Assembly (NCBI GenBank): GCA_022844165.1
Contig: JALHMH010000001.1
Coordinates: 160,001-224,000 of the forward strand
Reading direction: 5' to 3'
DNA length: 64,000 nt
Origin: Lysobacterales bacterium
Lineage (GTDB): Bacteria; Pseudomonadota; Gammaproteobacteria; Xanthomonadales; SZUA-5
Shown here: one piece after another, positions 18,066-26,209 of the stretch
Layout: the number at the start of each line of letters is the position of its first letter
Position numbering within the stretch: the stretch's first letter is position 1
Translations under genes and position numbers: made by a program
The notes under the pieces: model-generated
Databases searched by the model: none
What the model was told of the DNA's origin: nothing
Seen by the model: only the letters and a program-made list of their open reading frames with translations

Positions 18066-18188
18066 TCAGGCGCGCTCCATCAGCGCCGATGTTTGAGGTG
18101 TCGCCACTGCGTCAACTCGCAGTGAGTTTCCTTGATCGTTTCGAGGCAGCCGATGCGATCGGGTCTTGGCGCAAGCAAGTGTGTCACG

Positions 18189-18764
18189 TCATCCTTCCAG
18201 CCAGTTGGTCAGAACCTTCAGACCACGTTTGACCACTGCGGCCGGGGCATGGTGATATGCCGCCCACATCGCGATGCCGTTGAGCGCTCCGTTCAAAACG
18301 TGTGCCAGTGCCTCGATATCGCCTGCTTCGACCTCGCCGACTGCCTCCAGTTCTAACAGCGCGGAACGCAGTCGCTCCACACCGAGTTCGCTCTCGAGTA
18401 ATTGCGTCTGCTCGGCGTCGAGCACGGCTGGTGCGTCGATCAGTAAGATGCGGCGAACATCGGGTTTCAAAGTCGCTTGAAGGTAGTCGCCGCAAGCGCG
18501 CAAGAACCTGGCTTTCGACGGCGCGCCGCTGAGCCTGACGCCGACCCTCTGTGTGATTTCGTCAGCAATGTCGCGTACGACGGCGACGAACAACCCTTGT
18601 TTGCTGCCGAAATGGTGGTAGAGCGCACCCTTGCTCATGCCGGCTGCGCGAACAACTGCTTCAATGGGTGCATCGCCATAACCGTGTTGTGCAAAAGCGC
18701 TGCGAGCACGGAGCAGCAACTCGTTCCGAGTGCTTTCGCTCATTTCTGCGTTGGTGCGCGGCAT
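18189..18764 (-). CDS. TetR/AcrR family regulator
   Basis: VVRAAGMSKGALYHHFGSK; RRILLIDAPAVL; GGAG SD. Confidence 0.9.
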   Translation of the reverse strand: MPRTNAEMSESTRNELLLRARSAFAQHGYGDAPIEAVVRAAGMSKGALYHHFGSKQGLFVAVVRDIADEITQRVGVRLSGAPSKARFLRACGDYLQATLKPDVRRILLIDAPAVLDAEQTQLLESELGVERLRSALLELEAVGEVEAGDIEALAHVLNGALNGIAMWAAYHHAPAAVVKRGLKVLTNWLEG

Positions 18765-18781
18765 TCAGTTCTCCTTTCTTT

Positions 18782-18827
18782 CATACATACCGATGGTATG
18801 TTTAAATAAGTACTCACGGTATGTATG
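18782..18827. promoter_or_regulatory. TetR operator(s) between the divergent tetR and desaturase genes
   Basis: ACATACC-GAT-GGTATGT palindrome nested in an 11-bp inverted repeat CATACATACCG...CGGTATGTATG. Confidence 0.7.
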
Positions 18828-18855
18828 TTCCACCGCATGGGAAAGGAAGGCAAGC

Positions 18856-19701
18856 ATGGACAGTTTGGAAATTGCTCAAGAGTGGGAATGGGCAGCAGTG
18901 TTGTTGGGAGGCTTGATCTTGGTCTTGTTGCCGTTGGAGATCTGGCGTTTGCACAAAGCACGCGCGAACCGGCGTCGCTGGCTGGAGCTGCTGGCGAGCG
19001 CCAGCCCCATGCTGCCCACGCTGCTGGCCGGTGGCGTGGTCGCGGCATTCATAGTGTCGATTTACGGTGCGGCCAAAGCGATTGCGCCCTGGTCAATCCC
19101 AACAACGCCCCTCACCGTGGTTTCGACACTATTGGCTGTGGATTTCTTGTACTACTGGGATCACCGCTGTGCGCACGAGAATCGAACCTACTGGGCACTG
19201 GCGCATTCAGTACACCACAGTTCGCCGTATTTCGATCAAACGACGGGCCTTCGCGTGTCGTTTGCCGACGGCTTCATTTCGCCCTGGTTCTACCTGCCGT
19301 TGGTGCTGATTGGCATCGATCCGCTGCTGGTTCTGGGTGCGTTTGGCGTCATCATTGCCTATCAGCAATGGTTGCACACGGAGTTGATCGGCAAACTGCC
19401 GCTTCTTGATGCCTGGCTCAATACGCCTTCGAATCATCGCGTTCATCATTCCAACCAAGCGCAGTATCTCGATAGAAACTATGGCGCGATCCTGATGATC
19501 TGGGACCGGATTTTCGGCACCTATGCGTCGGAGCACGAACCTCCCAAATACGGTTTGACAGAGCAGATCGATTCGGCCAATCCGATCAAAGTACACTGCG
19601 CCGAGGCGGTTAAACTCGTCCGCGATGTGATGCGCAGCAAGCGACCAGGCGAGGCGCTGGGCTATTTATGGCACAAGCCCGGTTGGCGGCCGAAAGCATA
19701 G
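18856..19701 (+). CDS. sterol desaturase / fatty-acid hydroxylase family protein (AGMO-like)
   Basis: His boxes HRCAH, HSVHHS, WLH, HRVHH; NYG..L.IWDRIFGT. Confidence 0.9.
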   Translation: MDSLEIAQEWEWAAVLLGGLILVLLPLEIWRLHKARANRRRWLELLASASPMLPTLLAGGVVAAFIVSIYGAAKAIAPWSIPTTPLTVVSTLLAVDFLYYWDHRCAHENRTYWALAHSVHHSSPYFDQTTGLRVSFADGFISPWFYLPLVLIGIDPLLVLGAFGVIIAYQQWLHTELIGKLPLLDAWLNTPSNHRVHHSNQAQYLDRNYGAILMIWDRIFGTYASEHEPPKYGLTEQIDSANPIKVHCAEAVKLVRDVMRSKRPGEALGYLWHKPGWRPKA

Positions 19702-19715
19702 TTGAGCCAGGTCAA
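19702..19715 (+). promoter_or_regulatory. FNR/Anr-like box upstream of usp
   Basis: TTGAGCCAGGTCAA (TTGA-N6-TCAA), 57 nt before the start codon. Confidence 0.5.
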
Positions 19716-19772
19716 TCGACTGGCCACAGCAAAGGTTTACGATGCACGTATCGATCCAATGGAGATCCGCCC

Positions 19773-20216
19773 GTGTACAAGCACATTCTGGTCCCGACCG
19801 ATGGTTCAGAGCTTTCGCAGAAGGCAATCGCTGCCGCAGTTGGTTTGGCAAAATCGCTCGACGCACGCATCACCGGTGTGTACGCAACGCCCGAATACAT
19901 GCCGCCGCTGGATTCGATGTTTCCGGCTTATGCCATGCCTTCGCGTGAGGAATTCGAAAAACAGGCTGCGGTTGAGTCCGACCTGGCGTTGAAGCCCTTG
20001 AAGGACGCCTGCATTGCCGCAGGCGTCAGCTGCGATACACATCACGGGACGAACAACCGGGCCTATCAGTTGATACTGGCCACGGCCAAAGAACGCGTAT
20101 GCGATTTGATTGTCATGGCTTCGCACGGTCGCGGCGGCTTAGGCGCGCTGTTGCTTGGCAGCGAAACACAAAAGGTATTGACGCATGGTCAAGTGCCTGT
20201 GTTGGTGGTACGTTGA
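19773..20216 (+). CDS. universal stress protein
   Basis: YKHILVPTDGS...DLIVMASHGRGG...LLGSETQKVL; GGAG SD before GTG. Confidence 0.92.
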   Translation: MYKHILVPTDGSELSQKAIAAAVGLAKSLDARITGVYATPEYMPPLDSMFPAYAMPSREEFEKQAAVESDLALKPLKDACIAAGVSCDTHHGTNNRAYQLILATAKERVCDLIVMASHGRGGLGALLLGSETQKVLTHGQVPVLVVR

Positions 20217-20245
20217 ACGATGGCTCCGGGTTGGCGCAGGCCGTC

Positions 20246-20282
20246 GCGGGTTGCACGCGTGTCAAAACACGTTGCAACCCGC
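20246..20282. terminator. stem-loop between convergent usp and ACMSD
   Basis: GCGGGTTGCA...TGCAACCCGC 10-bp inverted repeat; no U-tract. Confidence 0.45.
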
Positions 20283-20293
20283 CGCCAGGCGCA

Positions 20294-21289
20294 TCAGAAC
20301 TCGCGCTCCAACCATCGGCCGGCCGTGCGGTGGAATAGTGCCGATTGTTCGACGGAACTGAGACCCAGCCGCTGAATATGTGAGCCCGGTACTTGTTCAC
20401 CGAGGGGAAACGGGTAATCCGTACCGAGCATGACTTGATCGGCGCCGCAAGTTTGCAAAAGGTAGCTGAGCGCTGCGTCGTCGTGCACGCAAGAATCAAA
20501 AAACAGCCGCGAAAGATATTCGCGCGGCGGGCGCTCATTGGCGATGGCGACCAAATCGGGCCGCATTCGATGCCCATGTTCGATGCGACCCAGGGTATAC
20601 GGGAACGAGCCGCCGCCGTGCGCAAAGGCGATTCGCAGATTTGGCACTCGCTCCAGTACCCCACCAAAAATCAGCGAGCAAATGGCGCGCGATTGCTCCG
20701 CAGGCATGCCAACCAACCAGGGCAACCAGTACTTCGGCATCGATGCTGCGCCCATCATGTCCCACGGGTGGATAAGTACCGCCATACCTAAGTCGGCGCA
20801 GGCGGCGAAGACGTCGAACAGTTCGGGCGCGTCCAGGTTCCACTCGCCCACATGCGAGCCCAGCTGCACGCCGGCCAGCTTCAGTTCCTCGCGGCAACGT
20901 CGCAGCTCGCGTATTGCCAGATCCGGGTCTTGCAAGGGCAGCGTGCCCAGGCCGATATAGTGCCGCGGATATTGCTGGCACACTTCGGCGACGTGATCGT
21001 TCAGCGCTTCGTGCAGTGGCAGCGCCTTGGCGCCGTCTGCCCAATAACAGAACATCACGGGGACCGTCGAAACCACCTGGATGCCTATGCCGAACCGCGC
21101 ATAGTCGGTAATGCGCTCGCTCGGATCCCAGGTGCGCGAATCGATCGCTCGGAAAAACTTGCCGTCCTTATAGATGTGGTGTTCGTCACCCTGGTGGCGA
21201 ATGACCGGGAAGCGCTCATCGCCGAAACGCTCGGCTAAATCGGGCCAATCGCGAGGCAACATGTGGGCGTGCGTGTCAATCTTCAGCAT
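20294..21289 (-). CDS. amidohydrolase, 2-amino-3-carboxymuconate-6-semialdehyde decarboxylase (ACMSD)-like
   Basis: KIDTHAH, HPWDMMG, KYWLPWLVGMPAE, AHGGGSFP, GTDYPFPLGE. Confidence 0.9.
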   Translation of the reverse strand: MLKIDTHAHMLPRDWPDLAERFGDERFPVIRHQGDEHHIYKDGKFFRAIDSRTWDPSERITDYARFGIGIQVVSTVPVMFCYWADGAKALPLHEALNDHVAEVCQQYPRHYIGLGTLPLQDPDLAIRELRRCREELKLAGVQLGSHVGEWNLDAPELFDVFAACADLGMAVLIHPWDMMGAASMPKYWLPWLVGMPAEQSRAICSLIFGGVLERVPNLRIAFAHGGGSFPYTLGRIEHGHRMRPDLVAIANERPPREYLSRLFFDSCVHDDAALSYLLQTCGADQVMLGTDYPFPLGEQVPGSHIQRLGLSSVEQSALFHRTAGRWLEREF

Positions 21290-21351
21290 CGTCGCAACTC
21301 CGTCTCAGGCGTTGCGTATCATAGGCGGCTCACTGGACTGGGAGATCGTCA

Positions 21352-21681
21352 ATGGACGTGATGCGACGGATACAGGGGCTCGTGGGCGAGCATCCGATCG
21401 TGCTCTTCATGAAAGGGACGCCGCAGTTTCCGATGTGCGGGTTTTCCTCACGCGCTGCGCAGTGCCTGAAAAACGCCGGTGCTCAATTCCATGCGGTGGA
21501 TGTGCTCGCAGATCCGGAAGTGCGGGCGGCGCTGCCGCAGTTTGCCAATTGGAAGACTTTTCCGCAGCTCTATGTGCACGGCGAGTTGATCGGCGGCTCG
21601 GACATCGTTGCCGATCTTGAGCAATCGGGCGAGTTGCGGCGGATGGTGGAAGACGCACAATCGCAGGTCCGCGCAGCTTGA
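21352..21681 (+). CDS. grxD: monothiol glutaredoxin Grx4
   Basis: LFMKGTPQFPMCGFS, WKTFPQLYV, GGSDI. Confidence 0.93.
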   Translation: MDVMRRIQGLVGEHPIVLFMKGTPQFPMCGFSSRAAQCLKNAGAQFHAVDVLADPEVRAALPQFANWKTFPQLYVHGELIGGSDIVADLEQSGELRRMVEDAQSQVRAA

Positions 21682-22424
21682 GTCCGGCTGCGACTCAGCA
21701 ACTTGCCGGTCGGCGCATTTTGGTGGTTGGCGCCAATGGTGGCGTGGGCGCGGCGTTGGCCAAAGCGTGCGCGAACGACGGCGCGACGGTGGTGCTGATG
21801 GGACGTCGCGTCGCTGCATTGGAGCGGCTCTACGATGAGATTGAGCGGTTGGGCGCACCTCAGCCAGCCATTTATCCGCTGAACCTTGAGGGCGCTACAC
21901 CTGCCGACTTCGATGAGCTGTCGGTGCGCCTGGCAGACGGTCTGGGTGGGCTCGATCACATCGTGCATGCCGCAACGCGCCTGCACGGCCTGACGCCCAT
22001 CGAACTGACCGATGGTGAAGAGTGGCTGCGCACCTGGCAGGTGAATTTGCACGCACCCTATTTTTTGTGGCGTGCGCTGCTGCCGCTGTTACGCCAAAGC
22101 CAATCGCCTTCGATTCTTGCGCTCGTCGATTCCAGCGAGCGGCACACCGCTGCTTACTGGGGCGCCTACGGCATCGCGCAATGCGCTTTAAGAGCACTGC
22201 TGGCGATGGCGGCCAGCGAGTGGCAATCCGATGGTATTCGCGTCTTTGGTGTGGAACCGCCGCCGATGGCAACGGCATTGCGCCGTAAGGTGTTCGTGTC
22301 GGAAGCGCAGGATGGGCTCGCCGCGCCCGAAGCAGTCGCGGCCGCATTGGTTACGCTGATCGCGCGTGCCGCAGAGGTGCCCTCAGGCAGCGTCACCGCT
22401 TTGGAGTTGTCGGCATGGAAATGA
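21678..22424 (+). CDS. YciK-like short-chain dehydrogenase/reductase
   Basis: GANGGVG, LYDEI, YWGAYGIAQ. Confidence 0.8.
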   Translation: MSPAATQQLAGRRILVVGANGGVGAALAKACANDGATVVLMGRRVAALERLYDEIERLGAPQPAIYPLNLEGATPADFDELSVRLADGLGGLDHIVHAATRLHGLTPIELTDGEEWLRTWQVNLHAPYFLWRALLPLLRQSQSPSILALVDSSERHTAAYWGAYGIAQCALRALLAMAASEWQSDGIRVFGVEPPPMATALRRKVFVSEAQDGLAAPEAVAAALVTLIARAAEVPSGSVTALELSAWK

Positions 22425-23011
22425 GCATTGCATCGGCGGCGATCCTGCTGTTTCTGATCATGGATCCACTGGGGAACATTCCAGTGTTCTTGACCCTGCT
22501 CAAGAACTTGTCGGCCGCGCGTCGCAGAATTGTCTTGCTGCGTGAGCTGGTTATTGCGCTGGTGGTTCTGCTGGTCTTTTTATACGCCGGCCAATGGCTG
22601 CTCAAACTACTGCATTTGCGCCAGGAGTCGGTCAGCATCGCTGGCGGCATCGTCCTGTTCCTGATCGGTATACGCATGATTTTCCCGCCCAGCGAAGGCA
22701 TTTTCGGCGAGTTGCCGGATGGCGAGCCGTTTATCGTGCCGATGGCGATTCCGTGTATCGCGGGTCCCTCGACCATTGCCGCCTTGATGCTGCTCGGCAG
22801 CGACAATCCGGGGCGTCTGGGCGAGTGGACCATCGCGTTGCTGGTGGCGTGGGGAGCGACGGCAGTCTTACTCCTCGGCGCGACAACGCTGTACCGAGCG
22901 CTGGGCGAGCGCACTCTGAACGCAGTCGAGCGGCTGATGGGCATGCTGCTGGTTGCGATCTCGGTGCAGATGTTCCTGGATGGGATCAAGAGTTACCTGG
23001 CGGCTGCCTGA
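22421..23011 (+). CDS. MarC/YhgN family membrane protein
   Basis: IMDPLGNIPVF, PFIVPMAIP.IAGPS, ERLMGMLL. Confidence 0.92.
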   Translation: MSIASAAILLFLIMDPLGNIPVFLTLLKNLSAARRRIVLLRELVIALVVLLVFLYAGQWLLKLLHLRQESVSIAGGIVLFLIGIRMIFPPSEGIFGELPDGEPFIVPMAIPCIAGPSTIAALMLLGSDNPGRLGEWTIALLVAWGATAVLLLGATTLYRALGERTLNAVERLMGMLLVAISVQMFLDGIKSYLAAA

Positions 23012-23102
23012 GCAGCAAGTTTCACGCAGGAGCCTGTCCGATGCGCGCAAATCACTACCGTTCGCGATCTCAAGTACTTTTTCTACATCCTCGTTAGCGC
23101 TT

Positions 23103-23429
23103 ATGCCGAAACGCATTGCGACCATCGCTGTCATCCTTGCGATCACATCAAATGCCGTCCCAGCCAATTGCTTTGTCGGCGAGTCCGATGGCGCAACTCT
23201 CACCGGCGTGCTTGAGCGCGTTACGTTCCCTGGACCACCGAACTATGAAAGCGTCGAGTCCGGAGATCAGCCTGAAACTGATTTCGTGCTTCAGCTGGCA
23301 AAACCCATTTGCTATGAGGAATCAGATGGAAACCTCGTATCTGCAGAGCGGTTGAAGTTGTTCCGAGCTGGTGGCGCGGCTTCTGTCTCTCTTTTGATTT
23401 CACAGCTGGCGTGTATCTTGTTGGGTTGA
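23103..23429 (+). pseudogene. DUF4431-like exported protein, apparently 3'-truncated
   Basis: Signal peptide plus TFPGPPNYES...GDQPET..VLQL..PIC; the expected His-rich C-terminal motif is absent. Confidence 0.45.
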
Positions 23430-23514
23430 TTGCTTGGCGCCGAGGGCGCAAGTCAAGCAATGCGGCTTAACCTCTCAAGATTCTGTGCCATCGCCCCAGA
23501 GCATGACAGCGCCG

Positions 23515-23588
23515 AGCCGACGGGCGTTCGAGTTGGCTCGCGGCATGCTGCGAAAGCCGCCGATTTTCACCCTTCTCCCGCCCTGCCT
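23515..23588 (+). repeat. dispersed palindromic repeat family A, copy 1
   Basis: Core 23525-23588 is 55/64 identical to 54504-54567; internal hairpin. Confidence 0.8.
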
Positions 23589-23602
23589 TGGGCCGAAATC
23601 CG

Positions 23603-24247
23603 TCAGAAATCTCTTCCAATGACTTTTGGGGCACCACACTCGCTGGCGCGCATCGCGATGTGCATCAATCCGGCGGCCACGGCATCGCCAAGTGCGCTGT
23701 GGCGGTCTGGCATCGGCAGCTGCAAGGCGTTTGCGATGGCTTCGAAACGCAAGTCGGGCTCGATCTCTGGTTGTCGGCGACGCTGCAATTGCGCAAATTG
23801 GCGTTGCACATCGATGCGCTGATTGGGCAAGCCGAATCCCAGACGCGGACGCAAGGCGCGGTCCAGCATGGCAAAGTCGAAATCGATGCAATAGCCGACC
23901 AACGGACGGCTGCCGACCATCGACAGGAGAGCGTCCAACGCCGTATCGAGCGGGATGCCCGCGGCGATGTCATCGGGGCGCAGTCGATGATGCGCGATGG
24001 CTTCGGTGATACGTGTGCTGTCGCTACAAACGATCACGTCCAGACGCTCGCTCAGACGCATCAGGCGGCCGCGCGCCGGCACTGCGGCTATGGACAGGAT
24101 CTGATCGCGCGAAGGATCAAGGCCAGTTGTTTCCAGGTCGAGTGCGACCCACTCGTCGGTTGGCGCGGGTGCGAACAACATTGACCAGGGTCCGTGCGCG
24201 TGGCGTCGCCGCTCCAACCAGCGGGTCCAGGGCCAGGTCAGGCTCAT
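23603..24247 (-). CDS. DEDDh (DnaQ-like) 3'-5' exonuclease
   Basis: ALDLETTG, GYCIDFD, HSALGDA; ATGA overlap with the DUF294 gene. Confidence 0.88.
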   Translation of the reverse strand: MSLTWPWTRWLERRRHAHGPWSMLFAPAPTDEWVALDLETTGLDPSRDQILSIAAVPARGRLMRLSERLDVIVCSDSTRITEAIAHHRLRPDDIAAGIPLDTALDALLSMVGSRPLVGYCIDFDFAMLDRALRPRLGFGLPNQRIDVQRQFAQLQRRRQPEIEPDLRFEAIANALQLPMPDRHSALGDAVAAGLMHIAMRASECGAPKVIGRDF

Positions 24248-26055
24248 AGATGGAACGTGCGGCGCAACAACGACTTGAAGCTATCGACCACGCCCAAGGC
24301 ATCGCGCAATAGCTCGCGGTCTAAGCGTCGCAGCTGCGCGATGCGCAGAAAATTGTCGGGCGTCTGGCCCTGTCGTGCGGTTTCCAACTGCTGGCTCAAA
24401 CGCAACCGCAGGAATACCGACAGCGCCTGTTGCACATCGCGGGCGAGTTGTTCGCTCATGCCGCCGGCGGCCGCAACGCCCTCGGCGCGGCGAAAACTAT
24501 TCCGATCGGGCACGCCGTGGCGCAGCGCGAGCGTGCGCAGACCATGGACCAGCGGAAACACACCGCCACGTTTGATGTCGGTGCCCTGGTCTCCGGCTTT
24601 CAGGTTGCCAAATAGCGTCAACGGTGTATGAAAAGCCAGCGCAGCAGCCGCAAAGTGGTGCAACACCACGTCATTGCGCGCGGCATCGAAAAACGTGGCG
24701 CGCAGGCTCTCGAAGAAATCGAGATGGCCAGCCACCGGACGCGCATCCACCGTGATCGCAAAATCCAGCAGCGCTTGTGGATCGCTACTGCGCGACCAGT
24801 GCGCGATCGACGTCCGCCAATGGCTCAAATCATGCCGCCAATGCGGATTGCGCACCATCACGCCGCCGGGACACGGGGGCCAGCCGCAGGCCTGAAGTTC
24901 ATTGCCAAAATCGATCATCGTGTCATTCAACTCTGGCCAATCCAGACCTTCCGGCAAAATGAGCGCATTGTCTTGATCGGTCTTGAGGATTTGTTCACGA
25001 CGACCTTCGCTCCCGAGCACCAGGAGGCATATTTGATCGCGCCATGGCGCAGGCACCATGAGTTCCCAAAGGCGGGCTAAAACGCGGCCGTTGAGTGCGC
25101 TCACCAGTTCCGTCAAGAAGCTGATGCGTGCGCCCTGCGCGTGCAGGCTACGAACCAGATCGGGGATGCGCAGTGCGGCGGCTCGCACATCCTCAACGCG
25201 CGATGCACGGGCCAGTTGCAAGCCGATCAAATGCGAATGGCTGGAGTAGTGGCTGAGCACTTCGGCCATGCCAATGGTGCCCAAAATCTGCGCGCCGTCT
25301 TGCACCACAACACGTTCCACATGGTGTTCGGTCATCGACACCAGCGCCTGAAAAAGGACCTCCTGGGGGCGAACGCCAACCAAAGGTCGGCGCAGTAGCG
25401 GGGCAATCGGATCGTTCGGGCTGCGGTCGTCCAGTGCCAGCGCATCGAGCAAATCGGTACGCGTCAGAATTCCGGGCCCCAGTTGGGTATCCGGCACCAG
25501 GGCGCAGCTCACGCCGAGCCGCTTCATTTCCAGCCGCGCCTCGCGCAGCGTGCTGTCCTTGTTCAAGAACAACGCCGGCGCCAATTGCGCATCGCCAACG
25601 CGCGTCAGCATCGCCTGCGCCAATTCGCCGGGGCGATCTTGCGCTGCCAACATCTGGCGCTTGGCGCTCAATCCCTCCAGGAACCAGGCAGCGAATGCCG
25701 GGTTGTCTTTCTGTGCTTTCAGAAATGCTGCCGCGTCGATGGCGAAACACAGACTTTGCTCCAGCGCTTCGTACGTGTAGCGCGCCTTTCCGGTCATCAC
25801 CGAAAAAGCGCCGATGACATCGCCAGGGCCGTACTCGGAGAAGTTCTCGCGTGTGCCTTCGCTCGTGATGCGCAAGGCCTGGAAGCGACCACGGTAAATC
25901 ACGAAGACCGCTGTCGATGCCGAACCTTCCTGAAGCGATGCCTCACCGGCGGCGAAGTACACCAGATCTGTCGATCGTTGCAGTCGCGCCAACTGGTCGA
26001 CAGACAACAAATCGAACGGCGGTTGGCGATGATCGAGGTCGACGGAACTGGTCAT
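24244..26055 (-). CDS. cNMP-binding + CBS + DUF294 nucleotidyltransferase protein
   Basis: N-terminal cNMP fold, CBS pair, LGSEGRREQ..TDQDNAL, CPGGVMVRNP.W, DIKRGGVFPLVHG. Confidence 0.9.
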   Translation of the reverse strand: MTSSVDLDHRQPPFDLLSVDQLARLQRSTDLVYFAAGEASLQEGSASTAVFVIYRGRFQALRITSEGTRENFSEYGPGDVIGAFSVMTGKARYTYEALEQSLCFAIDAAAFLKAQKDNPAFAAWFLEGLSAKRQMLAAQDRPGELAQAMLTRVGDAQLAPALFLNKDSTLREARLEMKRLGVSCALVPDTQLGPGILTRTDLLDALALDDRSPNDPIAPLLRRPLVGVRPQEVLFQALVSMTEHHVERVVVQDGAQILGTIGMAEVLSHYSSHSHLIGLQLARASRVEDVRAAALRIPDLVRSLHAQGARISFLTELVSALNGRVLARLWELMVPAPWRDQICLLVLGSEGRREQILKTDQDNALILPEGLDWPELNDTMIDFGNELQACGWPPCPGGVMVRNPHWRHDLSHWRTSIAHWSRSSDPQALLDFAITVDARPVAGHLDFFESLRATFFDAARNDVVLHHFAAAALAFHTPLTLFGNLKAGDQGTDIKRGGVFPLVHGLRTLALRHGVPDRNSFRRAEGVAAAGGMSEQLARDVQQALSVFLRLRLSQQLETARQGQTPDNFLRIAQLRRLDRELLRDALGVVDSFKSLLRRTFHL

Positions 26056-26066
26056 GGATCGGATCT

Positions 26067-26136
26067 CTAACGAGGCTTCGCCTTAGACCGCCGAGCATTG
26101 TTGGTTTCGTTCGGCAGCGTACTTGCCACAACCCCC
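26067..26136 (+). repeat. dispersed repeat family B, copy 1
   Basis: 61/70 identical to the reverse complement of 42507-42576. Confidence 0.85.
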
Positions 26137-26162
26137 GCTGCAAGCTCAATCGGCCCCGAAGA

Positions 26163-26186
26163 CCGGACCGACAGATGCCGGTCCGG
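26163..26186 (-). terminator. hairpin downstream of the symporter gene
   Basis: CCGGACCG-N8-CGGTCCGG; weak U-tract. Confidence 0.45.
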
Positions 26187-26209
26187 CTGCTCCGTTACTT
26201 GAACATAGT

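Noticed and set aside
26061-26140. attC-like site (CTAAC start)
   Set aside because: Does not fit RYYYAAC, has no matching GTTRRRY end, and no integrase is present; kept only as repeat B
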